In this document: one piece after another, positions 8,279 to 16,171 of the stretch
Position numbering within the stretch: position 1 is the stretch's first letter
How the letters are laid out: every line of letters starts with the position of its first letter
DNA from: a virus
Taxonomy: Duplodnaviria; Caudoviricetes
Length of the DNA stretch: 35,379 nt
IMG/VR virus record: IMGVR_UViG_3300012352_000100
Location: 1-35,379 of that record
Direction: 5' to 3' (one strand)
The notes under the pieces: model-generated
Told to the model about the DNA's origin: nothing
Database searches by the model: none
What the model saw: only the letters and a program-made list of their open reading frames with translations
Program-made: the position numbers and the translations under genes

Positions 8279-9507
8279 AACGACTTTTAGCGTTAGTATT
8301 ATTTCCGCTGGCTAGTTACGCCCAGGTATTAACGCAAACGTTTGTAGACCCATGCTCTAACCAGGTGCTAGTCGTAACAGTACCGCTAGCAAACGGTAAA
8401 ACTACCATAGTTTACCGAGGTAAATTCCGAGTAGTAACGGCTAACGATATTACGTCGGGAGATTTACAAGCCTGGATAAATGATTTAACTATTAATTTCC
8501 CTTGTCCGCAAGCTACGATAGCCGTAACGCAAACAGTTACTAACGCGGTACAGCAAGCCGTAGCCCAGGCTACCAGGTCAGCAACTGCCCAGGCTACAAG
8601 CCAGGCGGCAAGTTCTGCGGTAGCTTCTTCTATGCCAGCGCCTCCACCTATTGCGCCTCCCCCACCAGCTCCAGCCTCCACACCACCACCAGCGCCAGCT
8701 TCTAAGCCGGAGTCTTCAGCTCCTAAAACAGAATCTAAAAGCGAGACTAAGTCCGAAAGCTCAGAGACTAAAAGCGAATCTAAGAGCGAAGAAAAAAGCG
8801 AAAGTAAATCCGAGTCGAAATCTGAAAAGAAATCCGAAGAAAAGAAAAGCTCCGGTAAATCTGTAGCTAAGGTAAATCCTATTATCTACTCTAGCGATTT
8901 TACGGTAGCTCCTACTACGGACGTCGTCTCTATTATTGCTAGCGTCGGGATGTCTCAGTCTAGCTTAATGGGAAATAGTTCCTGGGGAATTAGCTCTATG
9001 ATTTGGTCAACCTTTGACCAGTTCGCGCTTTCTGGTCGCTATACTAAAATGAATTTTAACGCTGGTAAGCTAGAGTCTATAACTAACTACGGTATTACTG
9101 GCGTCTACCTTGGCGGTGCTGTACTTGGATTCGGTACGCTTGCTTACATTTATCCGCTTGGAAGGTATGGCGTAACGGGTGCGAACTATACTTTAAGCGT
9201 AGCGGGTGCAGACGTAGGCTTAAACGTTTCAAATAATATCCTGGTCTTTTATACTTTACCGGTTAAGGTAAGCCAGCGCTTAACTATTAGCCCGGATTTA
9301 TACATTAGTGGAAGCTCTACGGGTTATTTAACTAGCCAAAAGCTATTTGTAACGTCTGACGATGTAGGATTTTTAACTGGTGCAAGCTTTGATATAGCCT
9401 TGACTAAACGCTTTAAGTTTAATTTCGGACTAAAGACGAGCTTAAATACTAACCCGCTAGTCCCTATTTCTTTCTTAGGAATGATAGGAACTAAAATAAA
9501 TTTGTAA
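8275..9507 (+). CDS. Exported protein with small Cys-pair N-domain, Pro-rich and ESKS-repeat linker, and predicted C-terminal outer-membrane beta-barrel
   Basis: GTG start, signal peptide (..SYA|Q), APPPIAPPPPAP and (ESKS)n linker, then ~200 aa of alternating hydrophobic strands ending GMIGTKINL. Confidence 0.65.
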   Translation: MKRLLALVLFPLASYAQVLTQTFVDPCSNQVLVVTVPLANGKTTIVYRGKFRVVTANDITSGDLQAWINDLTINFPCPQATIAVTQTVTNAVQQAVAQATRSATAQATSQAASSAVASSMPAPPPIAPPPPAPASTPPPAPASKPESSAPKTESKSETKSESSETKSESKSEEKSESKSESKSEKKSEEKKSSGKSVAKVNPIIYSSDFTVAPTTDVVSIIASVGMSQSSLMGNSSWGISSMIWSTFDQFALSGRYTKMNFNAGKLESITNYGITGVYLGGAVLGFGTLAYIYPLGRYGVTGANYTLSVAGADVGLNVSNNILVFYTLPVKVSQRLTISPDLYISGSSTGYLTSQKLFVTSDDVGFLTGASFDIALTKRFKFNFGLKTSLNTNPLVPISFLGMIGTKINL

Positions 9508-9552
9508 ATTGCGAAGAGATAATAGTAGACTAGTAAATTTTGTTAATTAATT

Positions 9553-9587
9553 AAAAAAGCCCGTGCGTTTCGTATGGGCATTTTTTT
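9553..9587. terminator. Intrinsic terminator, probably bidirectional
   Basis: AAAAAA GCCCGTGCG TTT CGTATGGGC A TTTTTTT: 9-bp stem (two G-U pairs) flanked by A and T tracts, just after the last cassette gene. Confidence 0.85.
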
Positions 9588-9648
9588 GACCGTTAAATAA
9601 ATAATTGATATTTTTTTGTGGTATTATTAGAATGTTCTAGAACTTTCT

Positions 9649-9656
9649 TATCTTTG
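9649..9656 (+). promoter_or_regulatory. Bacteroidota-type -7 promoter element (early promoter)
   Basis: TATCTTTG matches TAnnTTTG, in the intergenic gap before the early genes. The -33 TTTG is not at canonical spacing. Confidence 0.6.
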
Positions 9657-9697
9657 CAATGTACTAGTAACGGAGCTAGTTTTTAACCCCTATTAAA

Positions 9698-9859
9698 ATG
9701 GAAACTTTTAAAATTGATTTTTTTACTTTAAAGAAAAAAGAGATTTATTCTATATCTCATATTTTCGATGATTTAAGCGACGCTAAGACTTACGCTGAAG
9801 ACTTTATAATTAATAACCAAGAATTTGTTCACTTTGAAATTTACGTTAGAACTTTTTAA
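9698..9859 (+). CDS. Small hypothetical early protein (53 aa, not in ORF track)
   Basis: METFKIDFFTLKKKEIYSISHIFDDLSDAKTYAEDFIINNQEFVHFEIYVRTF, first ORF after the promoter, A-rich leader. Confidence 0.6.
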   Translation: METFKIDFFTLKKKEIYSISHIFDDLSDAKTYAEDFIINNQEFVHFEIYVRTF

Positions 9860-9870
9860 TCCTTATTATC

Positions 9871-9981
9871 ATGAGAAATTATTTAAAATCCTTTGACCTT
9901 ACAGACTTACGCGACCTAGTTTTAGGCGCTCTGTTAATTACGATTATCTTTCAAGTTTTATATTTAGTACAAGGTTTATAA
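9871..9981 (+). CDS. Small single-TM protein (36 aa, not in ORF track)
   Basis: MRNYLKSFDLTDLRDLVLGALLITIIFQVLYLVQGL, filling the gap to the ERF gene. Confidence 0.55.
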   Translation: MRNYLKSFDLTDLRDLVLGALLITIIFQVLYLVQGL

Positions 9982-9982
9982 T

Positions 9983-10555
9983 ATGTCAGCTCAACCAAAC
10001 ACACTAGCCGAAATCCAGGCGAAAGTAAAAGCGCCCAAGGGGCAGTTTAACTCATTCGGTAAATATGCCTACCGTTCTGCGGAGGATATTTTAGAAAGCG
10101 TAAAGCAAGTAGTAAACCCGTTAGGCTTTTCTATTTCGCTCTCAGACACTATCGTAATGGTAGGCGATAGATTCTACGTTCAAACTACAGCAACGCTCAC
10201 AAATGGAAAAGAAACCTATACAGCGACAGCGTTCGCACGTGAAGAAGAAAGTAAGAAAGGAATGGATGGTAGCCAGGTTACCGGGGCGTCTAGCTCTTAT
10301 GCTCGTAAGTATGCTCTAAACGGTTTGTTTGCTTTAGACGATACCAAAGACAGCGACGCAACTAATACGCATGGCAAAGAAGAAGTAAAGCCTATGTCTA
10401 TGAATATGCAAAGCTGGCATGACGGGCTAAACGCTTGCAAAACTATTGAACAGCTCCAGGCTTTATACAAACAGAAGGAGTCTATTATTATCGCAAATAA
10501 AGAGGTACTCGCTTTATTCACAGCTAAAAAATTAAGTTTAAATCAAAATAATTAA
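9983..10555 (+). CDS. erf: ERF-family single-strand annealing recombinase
   Basis: KAPKGQFNSFGKYAYRSAEDILE...KKGMDGSQVTGASSSYARKYALNGLFALDDTKDSD is the ERF signature. Confidence 0.92.
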   Translation: MSAQPNTLAEIQAKVKAPKGQFNSFGKYAYRSAEDILESVKQVVNPLGFSISLSDTIVMVGDRFYVQTTATLTNGKETYTATAFAREEESKKGMDGSQVTGASSSYARKYALNGLFALDDTKDSDATNTHGKEEVKPMSMNMQSWHDGLNACKTIEQLQALYKQKESIIIANKEVLALFTAKKLSLNQNN

Positions 10556-10559
10556 GAAC

Positions 10560-10835
10560 ATGTCAACAGAAAAGAATTTCGCAAAAGGTTTTATTTTTAA
10601 GCGCAACGCTAACGCTCCCGGTTTTGTGGTGGGCAATATCTCGGTAAAAGTAGACGAGGCTATCGAATGGCTACAAGCTAACCAGCATAAGGGCTGGGTA
10701 AACATGAAAGTAAATACTGCTAAGTCTGGTAGTTACTACATGGAACTAGACACCTGGGCGACTGATAATAAAAAGTTCGCAGAGATAGGAGCTACCAAGA
10801 TAGCGCCAGAAGTAGACGACTCTTTACCTTTCTAG
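10560..10835 (+). CDS. Putative single-stranded DNA-binding protein
   Basis: Follows ERF, beta-rich, acidic C-terminal tail EVDDSLPF typical of SSBs. Confidence 0.55.
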   Translation: MSTEKNFAKGFIFKRNANAPGFVVGNISVKVDEAIEWLQANQHKGWVNMKVNTAKSGSYYMELDTWATDNKKFAEIGATKIAPEVDDSLPF

Positions 10836-10837
10836 AC

Positions 10838-11044
10838 ATGGAAGGGATTAAAAAAATAGATAGCCAGGACATGTTCGAAAGAGCCTACGCTCTAGAAATG
10901 TTTACCTTCTTAATGAAGCGAGAGGGCGCAGTAAGTGAAGTCTACCGGTCTAGTATTATGGCTAACCTTTGGGACTTAAAAGAACGCGAAGAAATAAGCG
11001 AAGAGTTTTATTTTAAGATTTTTAAAAAAGACAAAAATGTTTAA
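10838..11044 (+). CDS. Hypothetical protein
   Basis: 68-aa ORF in tightly packed early operon. Confidence 0.65.
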   Translation: MEGIKKIDSQDMFERAYALEMFTFLMKREGAVSEVYRSSIMANLWDLKEREEISEEFYFKIFKKDKNV

Positions 11045-11279
11045 ATATCCTACAACCTTTACGCTATCAGATGGCAGAGGGACAGTCTCTAAACATATTC
11101 AAAGTTTTAGAACTGAACAAGACTTCGAAGACTGGAGAAACTATCAGCTAATGAACGGCTGGAAAATTATAGACGAATTCGATTTTAAAGCTGAATTTAG
11201 AAACAGCTTAATAGAAAGATACGGTTTAGAATACTTTTTAGAACACTTTGAGAATGACAAACAAACAGAGAGCAGTTAG
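11037..11279 (+). CDS. Hypothetical protein
   Basis: 80-aa ORF overlapping its neighbours. Confidence 0.65.
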   Translation: MFKYPTTFTLSDGRGTVSKHIQSFRTEQDFEDWRNYQLMNGWKIIDEFDFKAEFRNSLIERYGLEYFLEHFENDKQTESS

Positions 11280-11439
11280 CCTGGTTAAACGCTTCCAGGA
11301 AGCGAACCCAACTATAAGAAAGAGCAAAGAGGAAGGCATAGCCTCCGCTATTGTAGCCGTAGATTTATTACTGGAATATATTGTAACAGAAGCAAAGCCA
11401 GACTGGCAAGAGGTAAAAGAATATCTTTATAATTTATGA
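11254..11439 (+). CDS. Hypothetical protein (paralogue of 17989-18165)
   Basis: ATG at 11254. MTNKQRAVSLV...WQEVKEYLYNL resembles MNPRERASSLL...WMLVKEELFKL. Confidence 0.65.
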   Translation: MTNKQRAVSLVKRFQEANPTIRKSKEEGIASAIVAVDLLLEYIVTEAKPDWQEVKEYLYNL

Positions 11440-11627
11440 AACTAGCAAAGATGGAATTATACGAGCTAACAGCTCGAAGACTGAACGAGAAGGGAATACT
11501 ACCTAAGAGCTGTAGAAAGTTTACTAGCTCCCTTGTTCAGAAGGCGCTATCCGGAGCGGTAGAATATCCGGAAGTAATTAGAGAACGCGACTTAATTTTA
11601 AAAGAAAATGAAACAGCAAAGCTTTAA
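11436..11627 (+). CDS. Hypothetical protein, possible small DNA-binding protein
   Basis: ATGA overlap. ARRLNEKGI.P....F.SS.V resembles a small helix-turn-helix-like motif. Confidence 0.55.
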   Translation: MKLAKMELYELTARRLNEKGILPKSCRKFTSSLVQKALSGAVEYPEVIRERDLILKENETAKL

Positions 11628-11748
11628 CGACTGGCAGAAACATATCGCCAAAGAATTAGAAAAGAATTATAGAAAACTTAAATTAATTAGAGATGCTAAC
11701 ATTCGCACAGTACCACAGCAAAAACCCACAAATTTACGAGGAGTTTAA
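11608..11748 (+). CDS. Small hypothetical protein (46 aa, not in ORF track)
   Basis: MKQQSFNDWQKHIAKELEKNYRKLKLIRDANIRTVPQQKPTNLRGV fills the 11627-11693 gap. Confidence 0.45.
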   Translation: MKQQSFNDWQKHIAKELEKNYRKLKLIRDANIRTVPQQKPTNLRGV

Positions 11749-11956
11749 ACGCTTTACTTTTGAGCTTATAAGCGCTGGACATAGACGCCTAGGCTCTAAG
11801 CAAATTATAGAACGTATCCGCTGGGAATCTATGATAACTACGGACGGAATCTACAAGGTAAACAATAACTATACGGTAGACTATGCTTATTTATTCGAGC
11901 ATGACTACCCAGGTTACGCCGGAATCTTTGCCCACCGTTTGCGAAAGAGTAAATAG
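11693..11956 (+). CDS. Conserved phage hypothetical protein
   Basis: HSKNPQIYEEFKRF...IIERIRWE...YKVNNNY...YA.LF pattern, which I recall from many phages. Function unknown. Confidence 0.7.
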   Translation: MLTFAQYHSKNPQIYEEFKRFTFELISAGHRRLGSKQIIERIRWESMITTDGIYKVNNNYTVDYAYLFEHDYPGYAGIFAHRLRKSK

Positions 11957-11969
11957 TTTGGTAAATTTG
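11938..11969 (+). promoter_or_regulatory. Bacteroidota housekeeping-sigma promoter (-33 TTTG / -7 TAnnTTTG)
   Basis: TTTG (11938-11941), 20-nt spacer, TAAATTTG (11962-11969): matches the consensus, upstream of the replication genes. Confidence 0.72.
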
Positions 11970-12026
11970 GGTATAAATAACTAAGAGGGTAGGAGCTTTT
12001 AGGTATTTTAATAGGGTTAAAAACCG

Positions 12027-12065
12027 AAGCCAGCTTGCACTCCTACGCAATGTCTGGCTTTTTTT
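12027..12065 (+). terminator. Leader terminator/attenuator hairpin upstream of replication genes
   Basis: AAGCCAG-C-TTGC-[ACTCCTAC]-GCAA-TGT-CTGGCTT followed by a T-tract. Confidence 0.7.
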
Positions 12066-12076
12066 ATTTTATTAAA

Positions 12077-12301
12077 ATGGAAGATGAACAAACAGCTTTA
12101 GAGTGGTTAAAAGAAAAGTTAAACGATTCAATTGAAAGAGAGCCAAGCAATCCAACAAATAAAGAATTGGGTTATACAAAAGCCTTGAAAGACATAATTT
12201 TTTTAATAGACGATGAAGGTTTTAAAAGAGAAAAGCAGCAAAAAAAAGATGCTTATTTAATGGCATATAATGTCTATAAATTACTTGAATTAGGAAAATA
12301 A
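12077..12301 (+). CDS. Hypothetical protein
   Basis: ATG at 12077 preferred over the TTG at 12035, which lies inside the hairpin. MEDEQTALEWLKEKL...; AT-rich. Confidence 0.65.
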   Translation: MEDEQTALEWLKEKLNDSIEREPSNPTNKELGYTKALKDIIFLIDDEGFKREKQQKKDAYLMAYNVYKLLELGK

Positions 12302-12302
12302 T

Positions 12303-13043
12303 ATGGCAGCATTTAGAAAAATATCCGTCTCTTTCTGGAGCGATTCTTTTGTAGGCGAGCTTACACCAGAGCAAAAGTATTTTTATCTGTACCTAATGAC
12401 TAACGACAAAACTACCCAATGCGGTATTTACGAAACGTCTATTAGAAAAATGGCTTTTGACACTGGATATAATACTGAGACTATACAGAAGCTACTAGAC
12501 TTTTTCCAGGAAACGAATAAGATTCGCTGGAGTAAAGAGACTAACGAAGTAGCACTTTTAAACTGGGTTAAGTTTAACGACTCTAATTCTCCTAAAGTTC
12601 TGGCTTGTATTGAAAAAGAGCTTAAACAGATTAAAAATAGAGTATTGATACAGTATCTATACAGTATGGATACCGAATCGCAAAAAGAAGAAGAAGAAGA
12701 AGAAGAAAAAGAACAAGAAGAAGAAGTCGTTTTGTCTTTTAGGGATGAGTTATTTAATAAGTGGTATAAGTACAAGTCTGAAAAAAGAAGTAGCTATACT
12801 AAAACTGGAAAAACCCAGCTTATTAAATCTTGGGAAGACAAGACAGACGAAGAACTAAGCCAAGCAATTACTCACAGCATAGCTAACAATTACCAGGGCT
12901 TATTCCCACCTAAAAAAACTGTAGAGCTTACAGAAAAAAAAGGTAAATTTCAGACCAACTTAGAAAACATAAGCCAGGCGGCGCAAAACATTTTAGACTC
13001 CCATGATAATGGAACTTACCAAAATCCCTTCGACAGATTTTAA
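12303..13043 (+). CDS. Phage replication initiator (replisome organiser/DnaD-associated type)
   Basis: FRKISVSFWSD...LTPEQKYFYLYLMTN.KTTQCGIYE...MAFDTGY N-domain, internal iteron-like repeats and poly-E linker, C-domain ...SIANNYQGLF. Confidence 0.8.
   Translation: MAAFRKISVSFWSDSFVGELTPEQKYFYLYLMTNDKTTQCGIYETSIRKMAFDTGYNTETIQKLLDFFQETNKIRWSKETNEVALLNWVKFNDSNSPKVLACIEKELKQIKNRVLIQYLYSMDTESQKEEEEEEEKEQEEEVVLSFRDELFNKWYKYKSEKRSSYTKTGKTQLIKSWEDKTDEELSQAITHSIANNYQGLFPPKKTVELTEKKGKFQTNLENISQAAQNILDSHDNGTYQNPFDRF
12637..12727. repeat. Putative replication origin: four 11-bp iteron-like repeats followed by a (GAA)n tract
   Basis: ATAGAGTATTG, ATACAGTATCT, ATACAGTATGG, ATACCGAATCG in tandem (12637-12680), then a purine-rich GAA run. 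Confidence 0.6.
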
Positions 13044-13758
13044 ACTAACAAAGTCCGAGACAGAAATTTACCAGGCAAGCCAAGGAAACCAGCTAAGACT
13101 ATTAAACGCAAAGCAAAAATCGGAGATAGCTATAAAAGTCTGGTCTTACGCAAAAATGAAGCTTGGACTACGTTCTGAAAATGCAATGGAAGAACAAGCC
13201 CAGATTTTAAGTCTAAGCGACGATTTATCGCAGTTCGATACAATTACCGAGGAGGAGGTATTTATCGCCTTACGCAAAGGAATTGGGGGCGAATATCTAA
13301 CGCAAGGACAGCAAGTCTTTTTTAATTCTTCAAATTTTATCCAGTGGCTTAAAAATTATCAGAAAACAGAACGCGTAGAAGTTATGAGAAAAGTAAATAA
13401 TAAAGGCTTTAGCGAAAGCGAACCTAGCCCAGCTCCTAGCGATTCAGTTTTAAAAGCCCAGGCAATACAGACGCTTAACTTTTACGCTGACTCAATACAG
13501 AAAGCGCAAGACCAGGAGAAAAAATTTAACTGGATAGCCGGAGGGCTTCACGTTTTATATGACATAGCCGACTCGTTTAGTTTGATTAAACTATCTAGGG
13601 AGGAAAAGCTAGAGATATTTAATAAGCATATGGTTTTTTTTAAAGATGTAGATAAAGCAAAGCAAGCTAGTAAGTCAGACGGTTATAAAAAATTCGTGCA
13701 TAACCTGGTAGACTTTGGCTGTAGAATAGACGATAACGGACAAACTAAACCTTTATAA
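13009..13758 (+). CDS. Hypothetical replication-associated protein (possible helicase loader by position)
   Basis: Overlaps the 3' end of the initiator gene. Start is 13003 or 13009. No Walker motif seen. Confidence 0.6.
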   Translation: MELTKIPSTDFKLTKSETEIYQASQGNQLRLLNAKQKSEIAIKVWSYAKMKLGLRSENAMEEQAQILSLSDDLSQFDTITEEEVFIALRKGIGGEYLTQGQQVFFNSSNFIQWLKNYQKTERVEVMRKVNNKGFSESEPSPAPSDSVLKAQAIQTLNFYADSIQKAQDQEKKFNWIAGGLHVLYDIADSFSLIKLSREEKLEIFNKHMVFFKDVDKAKQASKSDGYKKFVHNLVDFGCRIDDNGQTKPL

Positions 13759-13759
13759 C

Positions 13760-14983
13760 ATGAATGTATTAAGTTTATTTGATGGCATGTCTTGCGGACA
13801 GCAAGCGCTAGAAAGAATAGGAATAAAGGTAGATAATTATTTCGCCTCAGAAATTGATAAATACGCTATAACTGTTACGATGGCTAATTACCCTAACACA
13901 AAGCAACTTGGAAGCGTAGTAAATGTAGATGGCTATTCGTTACCAAAAATTGATATATTAATAGGTGGTTCTCCATGTCAGTCTTTTAGTTTTGCCGGTA
14001 AAAGAAAAGGTATGTCTACAAAGGACGAACAAGAGATTTTAACATTAGAGCATTATTTACAATTAAAAGAAGAAGGGTTTGAGTTTGAAGGGCAGTCTTA
14101 TTTATTCTGGGAATATATGAGACTTTTAAATGAGACTAAACCTAAATACTTTTTACTTGAAAATGTTATGATGGGCGAAAAATGGGAAAAAGTTTTAAGC
14201 AAAGCTATAGGAGTTAAGCCTATAATGATTAACTCTTCTTTGGTTTCAGCTCAGAATCGCCAGCGTTTATATTGGACGAATATAGGATTAGAGCCACAGG
14301 GTTTATTTGGAGATTTAGAATCTACAATCGAATTGCCAAAAGATAAAGGAATTCTTTTAAAAGATATTTTAGAGCTAGATGTAGATGATAAATTTTATAT
14401 AAAAAACTTTAACAATAAAAGGCTTAATGAAACACTAGATAAAAATAAATTAAATGAAACCTGTTTAATTGATTCTTATAATAAAACAATTCATATAGAT
14501 AAATCTATTACAATATCTACTAGAGTAAATGCTTCTAGTCAGACTCATATTTATAATCCTATTATTAAAATAAATAAAAATGGAGAAATAAAAAACAATC
14601 AAGATAAATCTAGCTGTTTTACTGCTGGAGGTAATTCTGCAGGAAATCATTCTGATATGGATTTAATTTTTATTAAAAAAAATATAGAAACAAGACAGGT
14701 AATTCAATTAAACAATTCAAAAGAAAGTAATGGTAATCAGCCTTTTCAGCAAAATAGAGTTTATGATTCAAATGGTTTAATGACTTGTTTAGATACAGAT
14801 AGCGGAAGAAGGTCTATTTATTATAATTCTCAAATAAGAAGACTTACTCCTATTGAATGCGAAAGACTTCAGACTGTTAAAGACAATTATACAAACCACG
14901 TTTCAGATTCACAGCGTTACAAAATGATAGGGAATGGATGGACAGTAGATGTAATTGGTCATATTTTAAAATACATGAAATAA
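13760..14983 (+). CDS. DNA (cytosine-5)-methyltransferase
   Basis: Motif I LSLFDGMSCG, motif IV GGSPCQSFS, motif VI LLENV, motif VIII QNRQRLYW, motifs IX-X RRLTPIECERLQ / GNGW. Confidence 0.93.
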   Translation: MNVLSLFDGMSCGQQALERIGIKVDNYFASEIDKYAITVTMANYPNTKQLGSVVNVDGYSLPKIDILIGGSPCQSFSFAGKRKGMSTKDEQEILTLEHYLQLKEEGFEFEGQSYLFWEYMRLLNETKPKYFLLENVMMGEKWEKVLSKAIGVKPIMINSSLVSAQNRQRLYWTNIGLEPQGLFGDLESTIELPKDKGILLKDILELDVDDKFYIKNFNNKRLNETLDKNKLNETCLIDSYNKTIHIDKSITISTRVNASSQTHIYNPIIKINKNGEIKNNQDKSSCFTAGGNSAGNHSDMDLIFIKKNIETRQVIQLNNSKESNGNQPFQQNRVYDSNGLMTCLDTDSGRRSIYYNSQIRRLTPIECERLQTVKDNYTNHVSDSQRYKMIGNGWTVDVIGHILKYMK

Positions 14984-15216
14984 TGGCAAGACACAATAAA
15001 ATACTAGCAAATAAATTAGACTGCCCTATATGTGGCGAGTTAAATATGGAAACATACATAAAGGCGCGCTGGGAAAAATCCGGAAACCTAATGAGCTTAA
15101 ACCATATTTGCCACCATTGCGGAGGCAGACTCCAGATAAGAGAAAACGTAAACGGATTCTTAATTCTACGTAAATACGTAATGAAGAAAGACCAGGTAAA
15201 ACGAGTAAAGAAATGA
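14983..15216 (+). CDS. Zinc-ribbon protein
   Basis: ATG at 14983 (TAATG coupling); CPIC...CHHC. Confidence 0.65.
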   Translation: MARHNKILANKLDCPICGELNMETYIKARWEKSGNLMSLNHICHHCGGRLQIRENVNGFLILRKYVMKKDQVKRVKK

Positions 15217-15578
15217 CGACTAACAAAGTAAAAATATACGGACACCCACCGAGCAAAGCTAACAGCTATAAGATTCGGGGGAATAGTTTAGGAAAAGCCC
15301 AGAAGGTAGTAGAATATGAGGAGGCTTTTAGACTCCAGGTAAACGCTATTCGTTCTACCGGTTTACTGCCTAAAGAAATAATCGAAGGTATCTTTGAGCT
15401 TTACGTAGACGTCTACTATAAAGACAACAGAAGCGACCTAGATAATAGCGCGAAGGTAATACTAGACTGCTTACAAGCTAACCAGGTAATAAGAAACGAT
15501 AGGAATTTAGTAGGGCTTAGGATGCGTAAGTTTACAGACAAGCAACACCCGAGAATAGAATTTAGCATAGTTTATTAG
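15213..15578 (+). CDS. rusA: RusA-family Holliday junction resolvase
   Basis: PPSKANSY...DLDNSAKVILDCLQ...IRNDR...PRIEFSI. Confidence 0.85.
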   Translation: MTTNKVKIYGHPPSKANSYKIRGNSLGKAQKVVEYEEAFRLQVNAIRSTGLLPKEIIEGIFELYVDVYYKDNRSDLDNSAKVILDCLQANQVIRNDRNLVGLRMRKFTDKQHPRIEFSIVY

Positions 15579-15581
15579 TCA

Positions 15582-15944
15582 ATGAATTTTAATAACGATT
15601 TTAGATTCGATTTAGAATTTGGACAACTGGACGGGGAAACCTGGTTTCATGACCTGGTAAGTAACAAAAAGATAGAAGTAAAGAGCGATAGAATAGCTAG
15701 CATAACCGGAAACATTTATATAGAGTATTACTCTAGAGGTAAGTTAAGCGGAATAGCTACAACGCAAAGCGATTTTTATGTCTATAAAGTAGGAAAAGAC
15801 GAGGCTATTATAATATCTACCAGCCAGTTAAAGAAGAAGCTAAAGCAATTAGTAAAAGAAGGCAAGGCTTTAAAAGACGTAAAAGGAGGGGACAATAATA
15901 CAAGCACTGGGATACTATGCAAGATAAAGGATTTGATAAATTAA
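15582..15944 (+). CDS. Putative PD-(D/E)xK-type nuclease-like phage protein
   Basis: FRFDLEFG...IEVKSD...TGNIYIEY.SRGK.SGIATTQSD contains an EVK motif. Confidence 0.55.
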   Translation: MNFNNDFRFDLEFGQLDGETWFHDLVSNKKIEVKSDRIASITGNIYIEYYSRGKLSGIATTQSDFYVYKVGKDEAIIISTSQLKKKLKQLVKEGKALKDVKGGDNNTSTGILCKIKDLIN

Positions 15945-16171
15945 TGCTCACTAGAAAATTTAAAGCTAATGAGTTACAAGCAATTAGCTGGATTAAAGAG
16001 CAATTAAAACAGCCTACTAGAGAGCTGAGAATGCTAGGCGTAATAATAAACGATTTAAACTATTCGCTGGCTTTAAACCTAGAGCGACTACAGCAAGAGC
16101 AAAGCGCGGAGACGCTAGCCAGTTACAACCGAACCAAACGAATTAAGGACTTTTTAAATACAAATAAATGA
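15944..16171 (+). CDS. Hypothetical protein
   Basis: ATG at 15944 via TAATG coupling. Confidence 0.6.
   Translation: MLTRKFKANELQAISWIKEQLKQPTRELRMLGVIINDLNYSLALNLERLQQEQSAETLASYNRTKRIKDFLNTNK

Noticed and set aside
8720-8850. CRISPR array or DNA-level tandem repeat
   Set aside because: The repetition is at protein level (ESKS) with varied codons; there is no repeat-spacer structure.
4628-9507. Canonical curli (csgBAC/csgDEFG) operon or cellulosome
   Set aside because: No curlin repeat subunit, CsgE/F/D or glycoside hydrolase domains were recognised; only the CsgG-like and cohesin/dockerin-like modules are present.
12035-12076. ORF-track starts at 12035, 14938, 15917, 18537 and 31210
   Set aside because: These extensions run through hairpins, promoter motifs or upstream genes. 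Downstream ATGs (12077, 14983, 15944, 18618, 31228) fit better.
9508-12302. Lysogeny module (integrase, repressor, att site)
   Set aside because: No recombinase motifs, no divergent repressor gene and no flanking host genes were seen.
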